This document shows positions 18,871 to 30,490 of a stretch of DNA of 64,000 nt, piece by piece; position 1 is the first letter of the stretch, and each line of letters begins with the position of its first letter. The notes below the pieces were generated by a model. It did not search any database. It was not told the DNA's origin and saw only the letters and a list, made by a program, of their open reading frames with translations. A program made the position numbers and the translations under genes. Origin of the DNA: Nitrosopumilus sp. (GTDB lineage: Archaea > Thermoproteota > Nitrososphaeria > Nitrososphaerales > Nitrosopumilaceae); contig OZ244651.1 of assembly GCA_965218695.1 (NCBI GenBank), positions 1,024,001-1,088,000 of the forward strand. The letters are read 5' to 3'.

Positions 18871-20511
18871 GTATCTGTGTAGTTTTTTGATCAAATGTTG
18901 AACTCCATATCTACAATCAGAAAATCCGCGTCTGTCTAATTTTTTAAAACTATTTTTGATCACTTGATCGAGTTTTTCTCTCCGTCCTAATTTTTAGATC
19001 ATTGTTGCCCACGGTTTGCATATGTCTGATGATAATTCCGAGTCAAGGATTGCAGAACTGGAGGAAAAAGTGGGTATGATGGCAGAGCAGATGGCCGAAA
19101 AAGACCGGCAGATGGCCGAAAAAGACCGGCAGATGGCCAAACTCGCTGATCTTTACGCTGCCGCCCTCAAACAGATCCAGGATCTCACGGCAGAGTTGCA
19201 GGAGGCAAAGGGCATCATATCGGCTGCCGTTGCAAGGAGCATCGGCGCAAAACCGGACAAAAAGACCGGCAGTACCCGGCGCCGCGCAAAGGGCAAGGGC
19301 AAGGCCAAGGGCAAGCCAAGTGACCACAAACGCACGGGCCTTGCGCGTCCTGAAAGAATAGACGCAGAGGAGACGGCAGATCCCCACACGTGCGACAACT
19401 GCGGCAGCTCCGACCTCTCCGAGTGCGTATCCACGTACACAAAGGTGGTAAGGGAGGCTGCCAAGACGGAACTAAAGCACATCAAGGTGACAGTAAAGAG
19501 AAGGCGTTGCAGGAACTGCAAGAGGACCGTGTCCGGCAGGACTCCGCTGGCACTGCCAAACTCCAGGTACGGGATCAACTTTATGATAATGATGGTCATC
19601 CTCCGGCTGCACGGCATGTCAGACCTCAGAATATGCAATATTGTCATGATGATGTACTCGGCAAGAATCACGGAATCTGCGATAAACCGCATGGTGTGCA
19701 GGATGGCCCGGGAGCTCGGGCCGCTGTACGAGAAGATCAAGGAGGAGGTAAGAAACTCGCCTGCGATAAACGGGGACGAGACAATCTGGCGCGTCGACGG
19801 CACGAACTACTGGCTGTGGGTGGCTGTAGCCAGGTACGCCGTAATCTACGAGGTGCACCGCCACAGGAACTCGAAGGTTCCAAAAAAGATGCTCGGCAAG
19901 GACTACCCGGGATGCGTCACGTCTGACTCGTGGGCCGCGTGGAACGTCATCGGATCCGAACACCAAAAGTGCCACCTTCATTACGCCCGGGACATCAAGG
20001 ACACCCTGAAATACAAGAATCCCGGCTACGACTACAAGCGTCACGCAAGGACGCTGCGCGCGATACCGTGGGACTCGCACATCGACGGCGCCGTTCCGGG
20101 AGGGGCAGACGCGCTTGCCGCAAAGAAGAGGCTGGATCGTCGTATCGCGTCACTTATCGGCAGGCTCGAAAAGGACCGCGACTGCAAGCACTGCAACAGG
20201 ATGCGCAAGAGGCTGGTGCGGGAAAAAGGCCACCTGTTTGCGTTTCTGGAGACAGACGGCGTCGAATACCACAACAACCGGGCAGAGCGGGCCATCAGGC
20301 CGTGCGTCATCCTGCGCAAGAACAGCAACGGGAGCAGGTCAAAGAAGGGTGCAGATGCCATTGCCACGCTGATGAGCATCAAGCAGACATGCAAGGCAAG
20401 GGGAGATGATCTTGGCACGATCCTGCGCGAGGGCCTGGCTCCACGTCAAAAAACTGCATAGACGCGCGTAGGCATGGAGTTCAACATTTGATCAAAAAAC
20501 TATGCAGTTAC
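18871..20511 (+). mobile_element. IS66-family element (single ORF, ISBst12-like)
   Basis: About 38-bp IRs (GTATCTGTGTAGTTTTTTGATCAAATGTTGAACTCCAT and its near reverse complement ending GTTAC); 8-bp TSD GTTATTTT at 18863-70 and 20512-19. Confidence 0.96.
19022..20461 (+). CDS. IS66 transposase
   Basis: Coiled coil, CxxC...CxxC finger, GDETIW, TSDSW, QKCHLHYAR, HNNRAERAIR. Confidence 0.94.
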   Translation: MSDDNSESRIAELEEKVGMMAEQMAEKDRQMAEKDRQMAKLADLYAAALKQIQDLTAELQEAKGIISAAVARSIGAKPDKKTGSTRRRAKGKGKAKGKPSDHKRTGLARPERIDAEETADPHTCDNCGSSDLSECVSTYTKVVREAAKTELKHIKVTVKRRRCRNCKRTVSGRTPLALPNSRYGINFMIMMVILRLHGMSDLRICNIVMMMYSARITESAINRMVCRMARELGPLYEKIKEEVRNSPAINGDETIWRVDGTNYWLWVAVARYAVIYEVHRHRNSKVPKKMLGKDYPGCVTSDSWAAWNVIGSEHQKCHLHYARDIKDTLKYKNPGYDYKRHARTLRAIPWDSHIDGAVPGGADALAAKKRLDRRIASLIGRLEKDRDCKHCNRMRKRLVREKGHLFAFLETDGVEYHNNRAERAIRPCVILRKNSNGSRSKKGADAIATLMSIKQTCKARGDDLGTILREGLAPRQKTA

Positions 20512-20548
20512 GTTATTTTTAATTAGGGTGTAAAAGCGAGAATAGCAC

Positions 20549-21337
20549 ATGGTATCCGGTAACCAGATAAGACTCAGTCGCATCCTCCGGAAGGGAAAGA
20601 TGCTCTGCATTCCAATGGATCACGGGATCTCAAACGGCCCCATCAGGGGCCTTGAGGATCCTGCCTCGGTCATATACAAGTGTGACGGACGGGGCCTTAC
20701 AAGCATAATCATCAACAAGGGAATCCTAAAGTCCCTGCCCAAGCCGATCAGGGCAGGAGTACTGGTTCATTTTTCAAGCAGTACGTCGCTTTCGCTATCC
20801 CCCAACCGCAAGATGCTGACTGGCACTGTAAAGGAGGCAGTCGCCATGGGGGCCGACGGGGTATCATTACACATCAACATTGGCGGAGCAGAGGAACCTG
20901 AGATGCTCAGGGATCTGGGAGATATCGCAGGCCAGTGTCACAGGTGGGGCATGCCGCTTCTGGCAATGATGTACCCGAGGGGTGAGAACATCAAGAATCC
21001 GCACGACCCGGAGATTGTGGCGCATGCTGCAAGGATAGGGGCAGAGTGCGGGGCAGACATAGTCAAGACACTGTACACCGGGAATCCGGACTCTTTTGCA
21101 GAGATTGTAAAGAGCACGCCGGTCCCGGTTGTGATTGCAGGAGGCCCCAAGGCTGAAACGGACATGGACATTTTACAGATGACTGAAGATGCCATCGGGG
21201 CCGGGGCCGCAGGGGTGACATACGGCAGAAACATCTTTGCACACAAGGCGCCAGAGAAGATGGTGGAGGCGCTGGCAGAGATAATCTTCAAAAAGGGGAC
21301 AGCCGCAGAAGCGATGAAGAGAATTGACCAAGCCTAG
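20549..21337 (+). CDS. aroA': 2-amino-3,7-dideoxy-D-threo-hept-6-ulosonate synthase
   Basis: PMDHG, MMYPRG, GADIVKT class I aldolase motifs; first gene of the aro operon. Confidence 0.93.
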   Translation: MVSGNQIRLSRILRKGKMLCIPMDHGISNGPIRGLEDPASVIYKCDGRGLTSIIINKGILKSLPKPIRAGVLVHFSSSTSLSLSPNRKMLTGTVKEAVAMGADGVSLHINIGGAEEPEMLRDLGDIAGQCHRWGMPLLAMMYPRGENIKNPHDPEIVAHAARIGAECGADIVKTLYTGNPDSFAEIVKSTPVPVVIAGGPKAETDMDILQMTEDAIGAGAAGVTYGRNIFAHKAPEKMVEALAEIIFKKGTAAEAMKRIDQA

Positions 21338-22343
21338 AGAACTGATAATTTTGCCCAGCGTGCCGGATGCGCAGCTGCCCGAGTTTCTTGCACAACTTGC
21401 AGAAGAGGGCATTCAGACAGTCTATCTTGACCCTGCCAAGGCAGGCAGCATGAAGGCAATCTGGAACTCGGCAGACGGCATGCTGGCAGAGGGGAATTCA
21501 GCCGGAAGGAGGTTCAAGGTACTCTCGAACCAGGACATCGATGACATAATGGCCGCAGCCGAGAAGGGACTGGACTTTGTAATAGTGGAGGTTGATGACT
21601 GGAGGATAATCCCGCTGGAAAACATCATTGCAAAACTGCACAAGGTAAATACCCGAATCCTTGCCATTGCAAGAACCCCTTCAGAAGTGAGAAAGATGTT
21701 CTCAATTCTGGATGTGGGGGTGGACGGGGTGATCCTCAGCACCTCGTCGATCGACGAGGTAAGGGAGGCCACCGTCTATCTTGGAACCACCGCCTTTGAG
21801 ATGAGTCCTGCAGAGATCACCGAGATAAGGGAGGTAGGGGACGGCGAACGCGTCTGCGTTGACACTGCATCCATCCTGCACCTCGGGGAGGGGATGCTTG
21901 TGGGAAGCAGATCAAACTTTCTGTTTCTGGTTCACAACGAGGCTGTGGGCTCGTCATTTACATCGCCAAGACCGTTTCGGGTAAATGCAGGAGCAGTACA
22001 CTGCTACACGCTTGCGCCCGACGGCACCACCAGGTATCTCTCGGAAGTTGAGACAGGAACCGAGGTGCTAATCTTCAATGCCAAGGGGGGCGCCAGGAGG
22101 GCAACTGTCGGAAGATCCAAGATTGAAAGAAGGCCGATGCTGATGATCAAGGCCTCTGCAGGAGACGAGACGGGAGGCATAATTGCACAGGATGCCGAGA
22201 CGATACGCTTTGTAAAACCCGACGGGGAACTGGTATCAGTCACACACCTGCAAAAGGGCGACACCATACTGGTACATTCAAAGGCTGCAACCGGCAGGCA
22301 TTTTGGAATGGAAGTCTCAGATGAATACATCCTGGAAAAATAA
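21324..22343 (+). CDS. aroB': 3-dehydroquinate synthase II
   Basis: [30 protein letters not shown] motifs. Confidence 0.95.
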   Translation: MTKPRELIILPSVPDAQLPEFLAQLAEEGIQTVYLDPAKAGSMKAIWNSADGMLAEGNSAGRRFKVLSNQDIDDIMAAAEKGLDFVIVEVDDWRIIPLENIIAKLHKVNTRILAIARTPSEVRKMFSILDVGVDGVILSTSSIDEVREATVYLGTTAFEMSPAEITEIREVGDGERVCVDTASILHLGEGMLVGSRSNFLFLVHNEAVGSSFTSPRPFRVNAGAVHCYTLAPDGTTRYLSEVETGTEVLIFNAKGGARRATVGRSKIERRPMLMIKASAGDETGGIIAQDAETIRFVKPDGELVSVTHLQKGDTILVHSKAATGRHFGMEVSDEYILEK

Positions 22344-23094
22344 CACGACGCCGTACAGGACGTGCGTGTCTGTAGCAGAGTCCACCCCGCAGAAGACGGC
22401 GCAGACGCTTGCAGAGGCGCTAAAAAAGTCAGACTATGCCGAGGTGAGGTTCGACTATCTGGATTCTGGAGGTGGGGCAGGAATGCAGGAGGCCACAAAG
22501 GGGAGTCTGACGGCCAAGGCCGCTGCCGCCCAGATGTACCCTGGTGTGGTTGCAGAGACGCTGGAGGCCATAAAGGAAAGTCTGGACAGGGTAGTGTGCA
22601 CCCTCAGACCGGTTGCCGAGGGTGGGCGGTTTCAGGGGAGCGAGGAGGAACGAATCAAGACCCTGTCGCTCATTGCGTGGTACAAGCCGTTCCTCTTGGA
22701 CGTGGAGTTTGAGACGCTGCAAAGGTTCCCAATACTTGCAAAACTCATCAAGTCCGCGGGAACAAGACTGCTCGTATCCTGGCATGATTTTAACGGGACC
22801 CCTGACGACGAAAAACTGCAGGCGCAGATGGATGCGATGTTAGAGCATTCGTCCTGGATAAAGCTGGTGTGCATGGCAGAATCAAACGACGATGCGTCAA
22901 GAATGCTTGCGCTGTATGGAAGGAAGGGTGACAGGCACCTGATATCCTTTGCAATGGGCGATCACGGCAGCGCCTCAAGAATCCTGTGCCTGTACCTTGG
23001 CAGCCCGTACACGTACGTCTCGCTTGGACGCGCCGTCGCGCCGGGCCAGATTGACGTTGACCGGATGAGGAAGATAATAGGTGGGGAATGCTGA
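22321..23094 (+). CDS. aroD: Type I 3-dehydroquinate dehydratase (with about 25-aa insertion)
   Basis: EVRFD, TLRP.EGG, SWHDF, APGQ motifs; start uncertain. Confidence 0.9.
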   Translation: MNTSWKNNTTPYRTCVSVAESTPQKTAQTLAEALKKSDYAEVRFDYLDSGGGAGMQEATKGSLTAKAAAAQMYPGVVAETLEAIKESLDRVVCTLRPVAEGGRFQGSEEERIKTLSLIAWYKPFLLDVEFETLQRFPILAKLIKSAGTRLLVSWHDFNGTPDDEKLQAQMDAMLEHSSWIKLVCMAESNDDASRMLALYGRKGDRHLISFAMGDHGSASRILCLYLGSPYTYVSLGRAVAPGQIDVDRMRKIIGGEC

Positions 23095-23336
23095 GGCATC
23101 CGCCCAAGGCAATGCGTGAACTTTGGGATTGGTTGGGCATATTCAAGTGCCAGCGGCAGCAGCACGGCATTCTGCATGACCTGATGCTGCAGGGGAGTTC
23201 AGTCCAAACCAACTGCCGCCAACCTGCGTTTTGTGTAGGCTGTCGCAAAAGACTGACTTGGGCATGATGCCCGGCGGCAACTGTCTGATTCACCCTGTTA
23301 AGAATTTAAATTCGTCGTGCCGCCTCGAAGAGTACG

Positions 23337-24161
23337 ATGACTAAAACGTTTGCCGTAATCGGTGATCCCATTGATCACTCCATGTCCCCAAACATCCACA
23401 GTGCAGCATTCAGGGAGCTTGGCATGGACTGTGCATACATTGCATACAGGATTCCAAGGGGCGAGCTTGAGGAGGGTCTGGAGGGCCTCAGGAGGATCAA
23501 AGTCGACGGGTTCAACGTTACAATCCCCCACAAGATTGAGATGATGCGGCATCTTGACCGGGTCGACGAGTCATGCAGCCTGATCGGCGCAGTCAACACC
23601 GTTACAAACAGGGACGGATTGCTCAAGGGGTACAACACTGACATGGACGGATTTCTGGATCCCCTCAAAGAGAGGTGCCCTGACATGGGCGGTTCGTCCG
23701 TATTGCTGCTTGGCGCCGGGGGAGCCGCAAGGGCGCTGGTCACGGCATTTGCAAGGGAGGGCGCATCAGACATCACGATTGCAAACAGGACAGTCCCGAG
23801 GGCAGCCGGCCTTGCAGAGTTTGCCCGGAGGATGCACCTGAAGTCTAAGGCGGTAGGAATCGACAGCATAGGGGATTCTGCAAAAGACTACGACATTATC
23901 GTAAATGCCACTGCCGCAGGACTCAGGGGGGAGCCCAGCCCGATCTCCCTGGAGGGCATATCTGCAGACACCATAGTGTACGATATAGTGTACTCCCCGA
24001 TGAATACGGACTTTATCCGGAAGGCAAAGGAAGAAAAGGCTGTCATAATCTTTGGTTATGAGATGCTTTTGGGACAGGCGGCAAGAACCTTTGAGATTTG
24101 GCACGACGGCATCAAGCCACCATACAAGGCCATGAAGCGGGCGCTGCTTGGAGGGTTCTGA
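23337..24161 (+). CDS. aroE: Shikimate dehydrogenase
   Basis: HSMSP, NVTIPHK, GAVNT, NTD, GAGGAA motifs. Confidence 0.96.
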   Translation: MTKTFAVIGDPIDHSMSPNIHSAAFRELGMDCAYIAYRIPRGELEEGLEGLRRIKVDGFNVTIPHKIEMMRHLDRVDESCSLIGAVNTVTNRDGLLKGYNTDMDGFLDPLKERCPDMGGSSVLLLGAGGAARALVTAFAREGASDITIANRTVPRAAGLAEFARRMHLKSKAVGIDSIGDSAKDYDIIVNATAAGLRGEPSPISLEGISADTIVYDIVYSPMNTDFIRKAKEEKAVIIFGYEMLLGQAARTFEIWHDGIKPPYKAMKRALLGGF

Positions 24162-25001
24162 TGGCTGAAGCAAGGGCCACCGTTCACGGTGCAGTATCGC
24201 TTGTAAACGCAATAGCCATCCAGAAGGGCGCCACTGTGGGAATCGCCCTGAAGGTGGAGGCGACGGTACGTACGGAGCCTGGAAAGGGGGTCGTCATACG
24301 GTCCGACAAGCCTACAAGCTCCCGACTCGTACTCGGCACGGTGGCAAAGATAGCCTCAAAGAGAAACATGGATCAGAACAGGATTACAGTATCGCTTGAC
24401 TCTGAGATTCCTGCAGGATACGGGCTAAAGAGTTCGAGTGCCATCTCGAGTTCCGTGGCCCTGGCGTGCGCGCGGATCTTCAAACCCGGACTCACAGACA
24501 GGCAGATCCTGCTTGCAGGCGTCAACGCCTCAATCGAGTCCAAGGTCAGCATCACGGGTGCGTATGACGATGCATGTTCATGCTACTATGGTGGGTTCAA
24601 CGTTACTGACAATGCAAGGAGGAGAAGGATCGCATTCGAGGACGGCCCGTCAGACATGACTGCAGTGATCCACATTCCCAAAAAGAGAAAGAGGGGAAAC
24701 CTCAAGAACCTCAGGATACTCTCCCCCGTGTTTGGGCACGCCTGGGATCTGGCAAGGGATGCAAGATACTGGGATGCCATGACAATCAACGGGCTGGCAA
24801 CTGCGGCCGTGCTGGGACGCAATTCGGGAATCATTACGGATCTTGTCGGGCAGGGCGCAGTCGGCGCATCAATATCCGGGAACGGCCCTGCAATCGCAGC
24901 GGTGGTCCAAAAGGGCGACGAATCGGGAGTCAAGAAGGTGTTTGCAGCACTAGACGGAGCCACCATACTTTCAGACATAAGCAACACAAAGGCGCATGTG
25001 C

Positions 25002-25012
<11 letters not shown>
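24161..25012 (+). CDS. aroK: Archaeal shikimate kinase (GHMP family)
   Basis: IPAGYGLKSSSA, TGAYDDA, SGNGP motifs; ATG overlaps the aroE stop. Confidence 0.94.
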
Positions 25013-26363
<1,351 letters not shown>

Positions 26364-26649
26364 CACGATCCCGTATATGGCAGGATACACACACTCCTAT
26401 CCACAACGCCTTTGCGTTGATAACATGCATTTTTCACGGGATCGCGCAGGTTATGCCATGAAATTTACATGTTTGACCATGTAACACATACGTAATTATG
26501 ATATATAACAGTTAATTGTAATTTTTACAAGTAATGTGTCCAAAACCATGATTTATTGGGCTTGGTCATGCCGGAACATTTCTCAGAACCCGGGTTCCGT
26601 CTGGATGTGAACCGTGCAAGATGCCGTGCTGGTCGGATTGCATGAGCGT

Positions 26650-26681
<32 letters not shown>

Positions 26682-26765
26682 CATCTGCATCATTCGGGCC
26701 AGGCGTGCCTGTGATGGGCATTGCAGGAATGAGGAATTATAAGCATGGTTTGATTCTGATATTGT

Positions 26766-27860
26766 ATGCCGGGAAACTCCATTGGCCAGCGTCTGGTGCT
26801 GACAAGCTTTGGCGAAAGCCATGGGAAGGTCATCGGGGCGGTTCTGGACGGATGCCCCGCAGGACTGGAGCTTGACGAGTCTGATATTCAGGATATGCTT
26901 GACAAGAGAAGGCCTGGCCAGAACATCATCTCAACACAGAGAAAGGAGACTGATGTTGTGGAGATTATATCGGGGGTATTTAGGGGGCATACCACCGGAG
27001 CACCGATTACAATGCTGATATGCAACAGCGATCAGAGATCCAAAGATTATGATGAGATGAGGACAAGGCTGAGACCGGGCCATTCGGACTATCCTGCGAT
27101 GGTAAAGTACGGCAGATACAATGACTACCGGGGAGGGGGCAGGTTCTCCGGAAGACTGACTGCCACCCACGTGATGGGTGGCGCCATTGCAAGAAAGCTT
27201 CTGTTGGTCGCCATGGGAGTGAGGACCGACTCGTATACGCTCCAGATAGGCAGTACAAGGATGAAGAAGGAGTTTGCCCCAGAAATGTCAGGCTCAATTT
27301 ATAAAAACGAGGTCAGGTGCCCGGAAGCCGGGACCGCAGAGAAGATGCGCAAGGAGATCCTGAATGCAAAAAAGAACGGGGACTCGCTTGGCGGAATAAT
27401 CGAGTCAGTCACAACCAACGTCCCGACGGGACTTGGCGAGCCGATATTCGGCTCGCTGGAATCGGATCTGGGAAAGGCGATATTCTCAATCCCGTCAGTC
27501 AAGGGCGTGGAGTTTGGCTCCGGATTTGCGGGATCAGGGTTGCGAGGCTCAGAGAACAACGATATCTATACCGTCCGGAAGGGAAAGATAGTCACAAGGA
27601 CCAACAACTCGGGCGGGATTCTTGGCGGGATATCAATCGGCATGCCCATTACCATGAGGGTGGCCTTCAAGCCGGCATCGTCCATTGCCCAGAAGCAGGA
27701 TACCGTAGACATCGATACTAACAGGAAGGCGGTGCTCAGCGTAAAGGGAAGGCACGATCCGTGTGTGGTTCCAAGGGCCCCGCCGGTTGTGGACTCGCTT
27801 GTGGCGCTGACAATAGCAGATCATGCCCTGATGGCAGGAGAGATCAAGCCGGTTTTGTAG
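26766..27860 (+). CDS. aroC: Chorismate synthase
   Basis: FGESHG, RPGHSD, GGRFSGR, GRHDPC motifs. Confidence 0.97.
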   Translation: MPGNSIGQRLVLTSFGESHGKVIGAVLDGCPAGLELDESDIQDMLDKRRPGQNIISTQRKETDVVEIISGVFRGHTTGAPITMLICNSDQRSKDYDEMRTRLRPGHSDYPAMVKYGRYNDYRGGGRFSGRLTATHVMGGAIARKLLLVAMGVRTDSYTLQIGSTRMKKEFAPEMSGSIYKNEVRCPEAGTAEKMRKEILNAKKNGDSLGGIIESVTTNVPTGLGEPIFGSLESDLGKAIFSIPSVKGVEFGSGFAGSGLRGSENNDIYTVRKGKIVTRTNNSGGILGGISIGMPITMRVAFKPASSIAQKQDTVDIDTNRKAVLSVKGRHDPCVVPRAPPVVDSLVALTIADHALMAGEIKPVL

Positions 27861-27861
27861 C

Positions 27862-29232
27862 ATGTCTGAGATAGATAGGCTCCGAGAGGAGATGGACACG
27901 GTGACCCTTGACATGATACGGTTGCTGGATATCAGGATTGAGATATCCAAGAAGATGGGTGCTGCAAAGAGACGCAGCGGCGTGGCAGTCAGTGACGAGG
28001 TGCGGGAGGCGGACCTGCGCGACAAGGTGACGCGTCTATGCGGCGAACTCGGTCTGGACAGGTCAGTTGCGGTGCGGTTCCTAAGCTACATGATAAACGA
28101 GTCAGTAAAGGTCCAGTCAGCAGACATCCGGACACACCTGGCAGTATTTCTCAAGGCAAAATCGCTAGAGGCGCAGGGCAGAAGAATAATACACATGGAG
28201 ATCGGCGAGCCGGACTTTATGCCTCCTGGCATCGTCCGGGATGCGCTGACAGATGCCTTTGACAAGGGGTTCTGCAAGTACGGCCCGGCCACGGGCATTC
28301 CCGCATTCAGGGGGGCGCTTGCCGGATACGCCTCCAAAAAATTCAATGCCGATGTGACACCAGATAACGTCATCGTAAGTCCGGGTGCCCGTTTTTCAAT
28401 ATTTGCCGCAATCACGACGCTTCTCAATCCGGGAGACGAGATGATAGTAATCGAGCCTGCATGGTCTGCATACCGGGACTGCGCCCTGCACGCAGGAGTC
28501 AAGGTCAAGACAGTCCGCACCACCCTGGCAGACAGATGGGAGCCGTCCGTGGGGCAGATACAAGAGAAGATCAGTGAAAACACAAAGATGATCGTGCTCA
28601 ACTACCCAAACAACCCCACGGGAATGATTCTGGATGCAAAAGTGCAAGATGGGATAATGAAGGCTGCCATGGAAGATGATCTGTACGTGCTTAGCGATGA
28701 GATCTATTCAGAGTATGCAGGGCCGGGCTGGAAGAGCATTCTGGAGTACGGCTACAAGAAAAGCATAGTCACGCAGTCCTTCTCAAAGTCACACGCCATG
28801 ACCGGCTTTAGAATCGGGTTTGCAGTGGCTCACCAGGACATAATCCGAAAGATGGCCCGGCTGTGGTCGCTGTGCATAACAAGCGTTGCAGAGCCTGTCC
28901 AGTATGCCGCCATGAGGGCCCTTGAGGCAGACACGTCAGGCAACGCAGAGACGATACGGGGAAGGCTTGAGGTGCTGGTACAAAAGGCCGGAGAGATAGG
29001 ACTGGACTTTGTCGCCCCTGACGGCGCGATGTACCTGTTTGCAAGGATCAACCGGGACGGCTTTGACGGGGTCCGTTTTGCAGACAGGGCACTTGAAAGG
29101 GGCCTGGCGGTGGCCCCGGGAGAGGGGTTTGGCAACTACAAGGACTTTATCCGAATATCCGCATGCAGGGATGAAAAAACACTAATTGAGGGGTTGCATA
29201 TATTGGGTGACATTATGGACGAGGCGCAATGA
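27862..29232 (+). CDS. Chorismate mutase (AroQ) - class I/II aminotransferase fusion
   Basis: N-terminal LREEMD...R...K...RE AroQ pattern, then GEPDF, NYPNNPTG, SDEIY, SFSKSHAMTGFRIG. Confidence 0.9.
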   Translation: MSEIDRLREEMDTVTLDMIRLLDIRIEISKKMGAAKRRSGVAVSDEVREADLRDKVTRLCGELGLDRSVAVRFLSYMINESVKVQSADIRTHLAVFLKAKSLEAQGRRIIHMEIGEPDFMPPGIVRDALTDAFDKGFCKYGPATGIPAFRGALAGYASKKFNADVTPDNVIVSPGARFSIFAAITTLLNPGDEMIVIEPAWSAYRDCALHAGVKVKTVRTTLADRWEPSVGQIQEKISENTKMIVLNYPNNPTGMILDAKVQDGIMKAAMEDDLYVLSDEIYSEYAGPGWKSILEYGYKKSIVTQSFSKSHAMTGFRIGFAVAHQDIIRKMARLWSLCITSVAEPVQYAAMRALEADTSGNAETIRGRLEVLVQKAGEIGLDFVAPDGAMYLFARINRDGFDGVRFADRALERGLAVAPGEGFGNYKDFIRISACRDEKTLIEGLHILGDIMDEAQ

Positions 29233-30077
29233 AGATTACAGTGATTGGTGCAGGGGGCCAGATGGGGCAGTGGTTTACAAAATACTTTGTCAGTAAGGGT
29301 TTTGAGGTGACAGGGTATGACCCGGAAAACGAGGTGTCCGGAAAGAATGTCACTGTTGGAAACTCGCTGGTCGGCTCGGTTCTCAAAACCGACTACGTCA
29401 TGCTGTGCACCCCTACAAGAAGGACGCCTGAGATCATCAGGCTTATTGCAAAGGAGATGCAGAGGGGAACGTACCTCATCGATATATCCTCTGAGAAATC
29501 CAAGGTCGCATCGTCCCTCTCAAGGATGCCGGCAAAGATAAACCCCATATGCATACACCCGATGTTTGGCCCCGGGATAAAGACGATAAAGGGCCAGAAC
29601 ATCATTGCAATTCCCATAAGGGACGCCAAAAAGGAGCTAGACGTTGTCAAATCGCTCTTTGGGGAGGCCAACTTTGTTACCATTGATGCAGCAGAGCATG
29701 ACAAGAAAATTGCAGTGATTCTGGGGCTGACCCATCTGATTAACTTGGTATTTGCAAGCATCATCTCAAAGAACGAGAAGGTCCTGCTTACCGAGAGGAT
29801 GTCTGGAACCACGTTCAGGGTGCAAAAGACACTGGCAGAGAGCATCATGAGGGAGTCCCCGGAGCTCATCGAGACGATCATCGCAAATCCGGATATCCGC
29901 AAGTTTGCAGAGGAACTCTGGAAGGACATCGGCCGGCTCATTACGTCCGTCCAGGAATCCAAGACAGAAGAGATCCTCCAGTACATCAAGGACTGCCAGG
30001 AAAGACTTGCAGCGCATACTGACATCGACGAGTCCTACAAGAGACTTGCAAAGATGGTAAAGGCAGTTGAAAAGTAG
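29229..30077 (+). CDS. tyrA: Prephenate dehydrogenase
   Basis: GAGGQMG, DISSEK, HPMFGP, EHDKKIA..LGLTH motifs. Confidence 0.93.
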   Translation: MKITVIGAGGQMGQWFTKYFVSKGFEVTGYDPENEVSGKNVTVGNSLVGSVLKTDYVMLCTPTRRTPEIIRLIAKEMQRGTYLIDISSEKSKVASSLSRMPAKINPICIHPMFGPGIKTIKGQNIIAIPIRDAKKELDVVKSLFGEANFVTIDAAEHDKKIAVILGLTHLINLVFASIISKNEKVLLTERMSGTTFRVQKTLAESIMRESPELIETIIANPDIRKFAEELWKDIGRLITSVQESKTEEILQYIKDCQERLAAHTDIDESYKRLAKMVKAVEK

Positions 30078-30085
30078 TAGGTAGG

Positions 30086-30490
30086 ATGCGCTCTACAAAG
30101 ATAGTCACATCGTTTATCATGGATGGAAACCAGATACTGATCCTCAAAAGGAGCAGTAGCGTAAGATCCATGAAGTGGCTGTGGGCAGGCATCAGCGGCA
30201 TCATCGAGCGCAACGAGGATCCGCTAAAGAGGGCAAAGATTGAGATATTCGAGGAGGTCGGAATCCCGGAGGATAGGATCGTCCTGATCAACTCTGCAGA
30301 CCAGATGACAGTCAGCTCGCCGCAGTACAGGAACCACGAGTGGAGGATATTTCCGTTCCTCTTTGAGGCAAGGAACCCGACGATCAGACTGAACTGGGAG
30401 AACTCCGAGTTCAAATGGATAGGAATCGACGAACTGAACAACTACAGGACCGTCCCCAGCCTTCAAAGGGTTCTACTCAGCCTGCTGTAG
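30086..30490 (+). CDS. NUDIX hydrolase
   Basis: G.IE..E....A..EIFEEVG Nudix box. Confidence 0.88.
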   Translation: MRSTKIVTSFIMDGNQILILKRSSSVRSMKWLWAGISGIIERNEDPLKRAKIEIFEEVGIPEDRIVLINSADQMTVSSPQYRNHEWRIFPFLFEARNPTIRLNWENSEFKWIGIDELNNYRTVPSLQRVLLSLL

